From the NCBI GenBank assembly GCA_051439605.1, contig JBFRWN010000088.1:1-42117 (forward strand): a stretch of DNA of 42,117 nt, given 5' to 3'. This DNA is from Synechococcus sp. Its GTDB lineage: Bacteria; Cyanobacteriota; Cyanobacteriia; Thermostichales; PCC-7336. Below the pieces are notes generated by a model. The model searched no databases, was not told where the DNA came from, and worked only from the letters and a program-made list of their open reading frames with translations. The position numbers and the translations under genes were made by a program. Below are positions 35,954 through 42,117 of this stretch, piece by piece (position 1 is the first letter of the stretch; every line of letters begins with the position of its first letter).

Positions 35954-38374
35954 TTGCATGTGAAATCGGACTTCATCGTTGTCGATACGGAAGGCAATCC
36001 CCTTCTGCGAGAACTGGCTGTTATCGACAGCCAGGGCACTCTGATTTTTCACGCCTTCGTTGACGAACATCTCGAAAATAAAACCGTTCGCGTTAATCGC
36101 TTCCCCCTATCTGAAATCCTGACGCGCTTCCAAGTTATCGTCCGCGGCAAACGAGTCATTTTCCATAACGCCCAACACGATTTGGAGGTGTTCCATTACA
36201 GCAGCACTCGAGCCGGTTTGTCTTGGACTCCTCCAGCCAGCACCTGCACGGTCAAACTGGCACAATCGTTGCGCCCCAATCTGGCCAGCTATTCCCTCGA
36301 ATACCTCAGCAAACACCTGCAACTGAGACTGCACAACCGCCTATTCCATCCCGACCTGGCCCACGATGCCAGTTACGACGCCGCCTTTACGCACCTGCTC
36401 TACCGCCACCTCATGCAAACCCAGCTCAAATCCACCCTTCAGTCCCTACCCAACCCTTTCGGTACCAGTCGGGTGGACAACCCCTTCCAAACCCACAGCG
36501 ATCGCCGTCAGATTTACGCCCCCGAGTTCGAGCTGCTCAAATCCATCCTGCAGGACATCAAACTCGACCCCAACCATCAAAGCCGGGGAGCAGTGGTAGT
36601 GGGGGAGCCGGGCTCGGGAAAAACCCATCTGATGATGCGCTTGGCCAAAGAACTGCTGAGCACCCACCGTCTCTTGTTCATTCGCCAGCCCAATAACCCC
36701 GATACGGTTCTGTTTCACGTTTACAGCCGCATCTTGGAATCGCTGGTGGAACAGGTAGACGGAACGGATTACACCCAGCTGGACTACCTACTGGCCAACA
36801 GTTTTGCCGCCATCCTGCAGGCAGAACCCAATCCCACTTTTAAAGAGCAGTTTATTCTGGAGGCCCTATCCGCAAACGATTTGGACCGCTTGGGAGCGGA
36901 GGGGACGGCTAAGAAACTGAACTATTGGAAGACGATCGAGGCGCGGGTGAGCCGGTGGTGGTTGGAAAACCACGCGGCAGCCGGATATTCCCTTTCCATC
37001 CTCAAGGGCATTGTCAAGTACTGCAGCTACACCAATCCCCGCTATCGGGAGCGGGTCACCCGCTGGCTATCCGGCAGTGCCATCAGTGCGGAGGAGGCTG
37101 CCGAAGTGGGATTGGAGAGCTGGCAGGAGGATCTGGCCCCGGCCACGTTCTCGCTGGAGGCAATGACGGTTCTGAGCAAGCTATCGGTCTTGGACGAACC
37201 GCTGATTATCGTTTTCGACCAGCTGGAAGGACTGGGGCTGCCCCACAACCGGGATATCTTGCTGCAGTTTGGCGAAGCGGTGAAGGAGATCTTCACCCAC
37301 GTCAACAACAGCCTGGTGATTGTGAACTTGTTCCCCGATCGGTGGGAGCAGTTTCGGCAGGTGTTTGATGGGTCGATTGTCGATCGCCTCTCCCAGTACC
37401 AACTGCAGCTGCGAAGGCCGACTTCCGAACAGTTGAAACAGATTTTGGCGGTGCGCTTGGAGGGGCAAGAAGTGCGCTTGGAGGAGCTATTCGACCCCGA
37501 CGAGCTTGAAAATATTCTCGGTCAACCTTCCATCCGGGCGGCATTGAATCGAACTGCAGACTACTACCGCCACAAGATCCATGGGATTGCCCTTCCGTTA
37601 ATCTACGAACCATCCACCTCCCAATCATCCTCCGACCCCGTGCAGCGTAAGTTGCAAGCGTTGGAGGAAACGGTGTCTGCGTTGCAGCAGCAAGTTGCTT
37701 CGATTTCCCAGCGACTGGAGATGCCCGACAGCGATGTGCCAGCTTTGACTCCCCTATCGCCGGTGGAGATTTCTCACGAGAGCGTCTCCGTTCTCTCTCC
37801 TGAAGAGGAGATGGTGATGCAGTATCTCGAGCAGCAGCGACCGGAATTGGAACGCGAGTACGAAAGGTTTGCAGTCATCAGCGACAGCGACGATTTAGGG
37901 AAACTGGTGGCGATTGCGGAAGCCTTCAAGTGTTTGCGGACGTTCGAGACGAGTTTTTTGAGATTGCAAAGGCGCAAGATTCCCGAACACTTAGTCATTC
38001 GCACCCGCACTCCCAGAGTCGTGGGGTTTCTGCATACGGAAAGCGGGAGGTCGTTTAACGCCCGCATTGGCAATTTCAATCAACTGGTGGTGGCGCATCC
38101 CGAGCTGAGATTTGGATTGTTTCGAGATGCTCGCTTGCCGGAGCCACGAAGCCACGTGGGTAAGCGACATATCGAGCAGCTCAGTAGCTGCCCCAATGGC
38201 GAGTATGTCCTCTTGGATCGCGAGACTCGATTGCAGTTGGAACTGCTCTACAAGCTAGTTGTAGATGTCCAGAATCGGGATTTGGAGGTGGACTTACCCA
38301 CGGCTTTGCAGGTGGTGCTAGATCGGGAGAAACGCCACTGGCTCACTAAACTATTCGATCGCACGGCTGCCTGA
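35954..38374 (+). CDS. DEDDh 3'-5' exonuclease fused to a P-loop ATPase
   Basis: VVDTEG, FHNAQHD and AHDASYDA form DEDDh ExoI-III. NPF..SRVDNPF, Walker A GEPGSGKT, Walker B IIVFDQLE, then a coiled coil and a C-terminal domain. Start TTG 35954 or GTG 35960. Confidence 0.85.
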   Translation: MHVKSDFIVVDTEGNPLLRELAVIDSQGTLIFHAFVDEHLENKTVRVNRFPLSEILTRFQVIVRGKRVIFHNAQHDLEVFHYSSTRAGLSWTPPASTCTVKLAQSLRPNLASYSLEYLSKHLQLRLHNRLFHPDLAHDASYDAAFTHLLYRHLMQTQLKSTLQSLPNPFGTSRVDNPFQTHSDRRQIYAPEFELLKSILQDIKLDPNHQSRGAVVVGEPGSGKTHLMMRLAKELLSTHRLLFIRQPNNPDTVLFHVYSRILESLVEQVDGTDYTQLDYLLANSFAAILQAEPNPTFKEQFILEALSANDLDRLGAEGTAKKLNYWKTIEARVSRWWLENHAAAGYSLSILKGIVKYCSYTNPRYRERVTRWLSGSAISAEEAAEVGLESWQEDLAPATFSLEAMTVLSKLSVLDEPLIIVFDQLEGLGLPHNRDILLQFGEAVKEIFTHVNNSLVIVNLFPDRWEQFRQVFDGSIVDRLSQYQLQLRRPTSEQLKQILAVRLEGQEVRLEELFDPDELENILGQPSIRAALNRTADYYRHKIHGIALPLIYEPSTSQSSSDPVQRKLQALEETVSALQQQVASISQRLEMPDSDVPALTPLSPVEISHESVSVLSPEEEMVMQYLEQQRPELEREYERFAVISDSDDLGKLVAIAEAFKCLRTFETSFLRLQRRKIPEHLVIRTRTPRVVGFLHTESGRSFNARIGNFNQLVVAHPELRFGLFRDARLPEPRSHVGKRHIEQLSSCPNGEYVLLDRETRLQLELLYKLVVDVQNRDLEVDLPTALQVVLDREKRHWLTKLFDRTAA

Positions 38375-38404
38375 GGATTCGGTCTTTGGCTGGGGAAAGC
38401 GGGC

Positions 38405-38776
38405 TCAGTCTACGAGGGTGAGTTTGATGCTGTTCTTAGTCACGCGGAGAACAAATTCATCTCCCGGATTGAGTCCCATTTCTTTCGTATAAGCCGATCC
38501 GATTAGCACAGTGCCATTTTTGTGGACTGTGATTCGGTAGGTGGGGGGACGTCCGCGGCCTGCAGGTTCGGAGGGACCGGCTTCTAATTTCATGCCTTCT
38601 GCTTCTAGAAGGGCGTTGTAGAAGCTTATGAGGTTAATTCGCTCTTGGCCGGTTTTAGTTTTGGTGGTGTAGCCGCAAGCTTTGGCGATCTCTTTTTTAT
38701 TCGCGCCTATTAATTCTTGGACTTTAGCTTTGAGTTTTTTACCGGTGAGGGGAGTTTTGCGTGATTTTGCTGGCAT
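38405..38776 (-). CDS. Cyanobacterial AbrB-like regulator (cyAbrB family)
   Basis: PLTGKKL...KEIAKACGY...FYNALLEAEG...GRPPTYRITVHKNGTVLIGSAYTKEMGLNPGDEF. Confidence 0.92.
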   Translation of the reverse strand: MPAKSRKTPLTGKKLKAKVQELIGANKKEIAKACGYTTKTKTGQERINLISFYNALLEAEGMKLEAGPSEPAGRGRPPTYRITVHKNGTVLIGSAYTKEMGLNPGDEFVLRVTKNSIKLTLVD

Positions 38777-38969
38777 GTCGAAGTGTGAAAATCTGCCGAT
38801 CGCGCGATCGGCAATTCGGGTTCGTGGACTACCAGCCTAACGAACGAAATACTGCGAAACAGAGGGGGGAGACCGGACCGATGGATACGGGTTTCTAGAC
38901 CGAGGGACGGATAGCCAGCAGAACTCTGCTACAAGAGTTCTTCGCTCGGGGTACATGAGACAAACACGA

Positions 38970-38995
38970 CAACCACCTCTAAATCGAGGTGGTTG
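38970..38995. terminator. Perfect 10-bp-stem hairpin, possible terminator
   Basis: CAACCACCTC-TAAATC-GAGGTGGTTG; only a weak U-tract on the minus strand. Confidence 0.35.
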
Positions 38996-39251
38996 CCAAT
39001 GAAAAATGATTTATCAGTTTGATATAAATGCCGGTCTTTATCGAAGGTATTTTGACTGGCGTTTTAAATGCAAGTGAATTACCTCAACCAATGTAACGGG
39101 ATAACAAGAAAGCGCACATAGTCCTTAATATTTGTTTACGAACAGCATAGTCACAGCACTCCATGTCAGGACATGGCAGGGAAATCCGATGGTTGGAGAA
39201 GTAGCGTTGGGCAAGCTGGAGACTGGTATCTAATGGCTGTGAGGAGACACG

Positions 39252-39494
39252 GTGCGCCGGAAAAACCATGGGATTTCCGCTATTTTTTTCATCGCCATAG
39301 TAGTTTGTGTATCCTTTCCGATTTGGAGGGGGATACGCGTGCGCCTCACCACCAACCGTCCTTGCGATTGCCCTTACGACCGCGATTCGAGAGGTTCCAG
39401 GTGCGGAGGCCGCTCGGCCCACACTAAGCCAGGCGGACGAGAACCCACCTGTTACTTAGGAGATTTTCTGTGGATGCAACGGGATTTATCTTGA
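39252..39494 (+). CDS. Small membrane-anchored Cys-motif protein
   Basis: TM segment then CDCPYDRDSRGSRCGGRSAHTKPGG..P.CY; ends 1 nt before the nuclease start. Confidence 0.65.
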   Translation: MRRKNHGISAIFFIAIVVCVSFPIWRGIRVRLTTNRPCDCPYDRDSRGSRCGGRSAHTKPGGREPTCYLGDFLWMQRDLS

Positions 39495-39495
39495 G

Positions 39496-40206
39496 ATGAG
39501 GGGGAAAACATTGAAAATCTCCATGTTGGCAGCGGCAGGACTGCTTGGCTTTGGACTTCATCAGGTAGCGCTGGCGCAAACCCTTGATGGACGAGTGGTC
39601 GGGGTTGGTGATGGGGATACGGTGCGAGCGAAAGTTGATGGCGAGACCCTAACGGTGAGGTTGGCCTGTATCGATGCGGCTGAAATGGCCCAGCAGCCTT
39701 GGGGAGAAGATGCTCGCAGGCGGTTGAGCGAGTTATTGCCGCCAAGTTCTCCGGTCAAACTGAGAGTTGCAGATGTCGATCGCTACGGCAGGACTGTAGC
39801 TGAAGTTTTTGTCGGCGGGCATTCGGCCAATCTCCAAATGGTGGAAGAAGGGCAGGCGGTGGTTTATACCCAATATCTGTCTGCATGCTCGGACAGTCGC
39901 GACGAATACTTGCGCGCGGAGGAAGCTGCCCGGCAGGCTCGCTCGGGATATTGGAGTCAGTCCGATCCCATCATGCCGTGGGAGTTTCGGAGGGGGAGGC
40001 GGAATACTTCTGCAGCTGCACAACAGGAGCCGCCTTCTCAGCAAGTCTTGGCAAGCGGATGCGACCCCTCCTATCCCGACGTCTGCATTCCTCCCTCTCC
40101 GCCCGATTTGGATTGTGGCGAGATTTCTCACCGTCGTTTTCGCGTACTCCCCCCCGATCCCCATCGCTTTGATGGCGATCGGGATGGGATTGGGTGCGAG
40201 AGGTAA
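39496..40206 (+). CDS. Secreted thermonuclease (SNase family) with an excalibur-like Ca-binding C-terminus
   Basis: Signal peptide; VGDGDTV, VRLACIDAAE, DRYGRTVAEV, PWEFR; CDPSYPDVCIPP.PPDLDC...DGDRDGIGCE. Confidence 0.92.
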   Translation: MRGKTLKISMLAAAGLLGFGLHQVALAQTLDGRVVGVGDGDTVRAKVDGETLTVRLACIDAAEMAQQPWGEDARRRLSELLPPSSPVKLRVADVDRYGRTVAEVFVGGHSANLQMVEEGQAVVYTQYLSACSDSRDEYLRAEEAARQARSGYWSQSDPIMPWEFRRGRRNTSAAAQQEPPSQQVLASGCDPSYPDVCIPPSPPDLDCGEISHRRFRVLPPDPHRFDGDRDGIGCER

Positions 40207-40220
40207 ACGGTATGACCAGC

Positions 40221-41988
40221 CACTTGATGAGTCAGTCTTTTTGTTAAAGCGTCAACGGAACTTCCCTTCTTGGCCTGGTTCAACGCCGGGTTACAGTCCG
40301 AGAGGCGTTTCCGGAGCAAATCAGCAATCTTTCCGGGAGATTTACGAGGGGCGGGGCATGAGCCAGGATACTTGGCGATCGGTTTATCCCAGTGCGATCG
40401 CAACGAATGCTCCAAACCCCGTCAGTCGCCTCCAGTCTGCCTCCAGCCACCCGACAGCGTTTAGCCGTGGAGATGCTCTCCAAAACCGAACCTGTCAGGC
40501 ATCTAGCTGATAAACACGAGGTCAGTCGCAAATTTCTGTATCAACAAAAGGAGAAAGCCACCGAAGCGCTGGAGAAAGCATTTGCACTTCCCAGTCGAGA
40601 ATCGGAAGTCTTGTTCTACCTGCCAGTGACGCATGCCTGGCTCTATCAGTTGATCGTCAGTTTGGTCCTCATCTGCCACGCGTCCTACCGGGGTGTGGTG
40701 GAGTTATTGCGGGATGTGTTTGACTGGAGCATCAGCGCGAGCACGATCCACAATCGCGTCCAAGAAACTGCCTAGCAAGCAGAGGTGCTCAATCGGAGTG
40801 AAGAGCTGTCTGGGATTCGAGTGGGCTTAAATGACGAAATTTTCCAGGCAGGTCAACCGGTCTTAGCTGGGGTCTGTGCCCGTTCCAGCTACTGTTACCT
40901 GTTGGTGGCCGCCGAGCATCGAGATGGGGAGACTTGGGGATGGCACTTGCTCGAGGCGAGCGAGCGAGGTCTCTCCCCTGACTTCACCATTGCAGATGGG
41001 GGGACAGGGCTGCGGGCCGGTCAGGAACTGGCTTGGCCAGAGATACCCTGTCATGGAGATGTCTTTCACATCATCAAAGATGGTAAAGACTTAGCCAGAT
41101 ATCTGTCTCGAAGCGCCCAAAAGGCGACTACTCATCGAGAAAAGCTCGAACAGCAAATGAAGGCTGCCAAGCAGAAGGGGAAGGGCAACAAATTGTCGAA
41201 ACCGTTGACGCTAGCTCGTCAGAAGGAGGCAGCAGCGCTGAATCTGGCCACAGACGTGAAGATCTTGCTCGACCGGCTCAACCACGACATCTTGCATCTG
41301 GCGGGTCCAGAATACAACACTCGCCAAGAGTTATTGTCGTTTATTGTGGCTGAACTGGAACTGCGGGAATCCCAATGCTCTCACCGGATCGGTCCGGTCC
41401 GACGAGCATTGCACAACCAACGGGAACAGTTGTTGGCCTTTGCTCAGGTCCTCGACGACAAGCTAGCCGGGATCGCTGAACGCTTTGCAGTGCATTTGGT
41501 TTGGGTACGAGAAGTTTGTCTGTTGCAGCGTAAGCACGTCTCCAGTACGGCTTACTGGCAGCGCTGGAATCAACTTCACCATCAACTCAAAAGTCAGTTC
41601 CATTGGGTTCTAGAAGCGGTCACGGAGGCGATGCGAGAGACGCCACGGGCCAGTTCGATGGTAGAGAACCTAAATTCTCGGCTGCGCAATTACTTCTTCT
41701 TGCGCCGACAGCTGGGAGCTCCTTACCTTGAGCTGCTGCGGTTCTTCCTTAACCATCGGACATTTATACGCAGCCAGTGTCCCGAGCGGGTGGGTAAGAG
41801 TCCAGCGGAACTGATGACGGGGCAAGCGCATCCTCATTGGCTAGAGCTTTTGGGCTTCGAGCGTTTCAAGCGAAATCCAGCCTAAAATCGCAGCCCGACG
41901 TCAGCTTGCGATCGCTCGCTAAAGCCACCATTTAGATGGCTCATTTTCGCCTATTTTGTTACCCAAAAATGCCCGATTTTGAACCACC
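40221..41988 (+). mobile_element. Insertion sequence carrying the above transposase (ends approximate)
   Basis: Weak subterminal inverted match ATGAGTCA (40227-40234) / TGGCTCAT (41937-41944), with CCAC near both presumed ends. Unrelated coding sequence starts abruptly at about 41990. Confidence 0.45.
40407..41885 (+). pseudogene. Unclassified DDE-type transposase with an in-frame amber stop
   Basis: Track ORFs 40392-40775 and 40785-41885 share a frame and are split by TAG at 40773-40775. HTH LADKHEVSRKFLYQQ; DEIF, IADGGTGL, CHGDVFH, RASSMVENLNSRLR and GKSPAELMTG motifs. Confidence 0.75.
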
Positions 41989-41991
41989 CCC

Positions 41992-42117
41992 AGCAATGAG
42001 TTAGAGATCGAGACCCAGCTTGACTTGTACGACCCAGAAGTAGCTGAGGTGCTTCTGTTCCAGGACGGTATTCAAGTCAAACAACAGAAGCAGAGCAGAC
42101 TGTCTCGCTACCAGAGA
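41992..42117 (+). pseudogene. Internal fragment of a probable ISLre2-family transposase, 5'-truncated, runs off the window
   Basis: Open frame SNELEIETQLDLYDPEVAEVLLFQDGIQVKQQK resembles the D.YDP...E.LLF.DGIQVK.QK segment I recall from cyanobacterial ISLre2 transposases. No start codon. Confidence 0.5.

Overview
Cyanobacterial accessory DNA (many HIP1 GCGATCGC octamers, a cyAbrB gene, a DUF4278 gene and a CyRepA1-type Rep), most likely a conjugative plasmid or an integrated plasmid/ICE. From left to right: (1) an apparently inactivated integron (1-5285). Its intI has an in-frame TAA and an LGH->LGR change, and it carries three cassettes with HEPN/MtlR-like, PIN-like and PD-(D/E)XK-like proteins. 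Two of the three attC sites are interrupted, one by a 101-bp IS982-like MITE and one by an IS1-family element. (2) A cyanobacterial-type type IV secretion/conjugation operon (5793-18082, minus strand) with no relaxase in the window. (3) Plasmid backbone genes, including a candidate programmed -1 frameshift, two ssi/Frpo-like long hairpins, an XRE regulator and a primase-helicase Rep. (4) A TIR-inactive-STAND / MoxR / vWA-TM-WD40-CLec ternary conflict operon joined to a complete diversity-generating retroelement (VR 32061-32186, avd, RT, TR 33697-33822). By my manual alignment 18 of 23 VR/TR mismatches fall at TR adenines. This is the highlight: a potentially mobile hypervariable receptor coupled to a TIR effector. 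(5) Small ORFs, a DEDDh exonuclease-ATPase fusion, cyAbrB, a secreted thermonuclease and degraded transposases. All family calls come from motif recognition by eye; no database searches were run.
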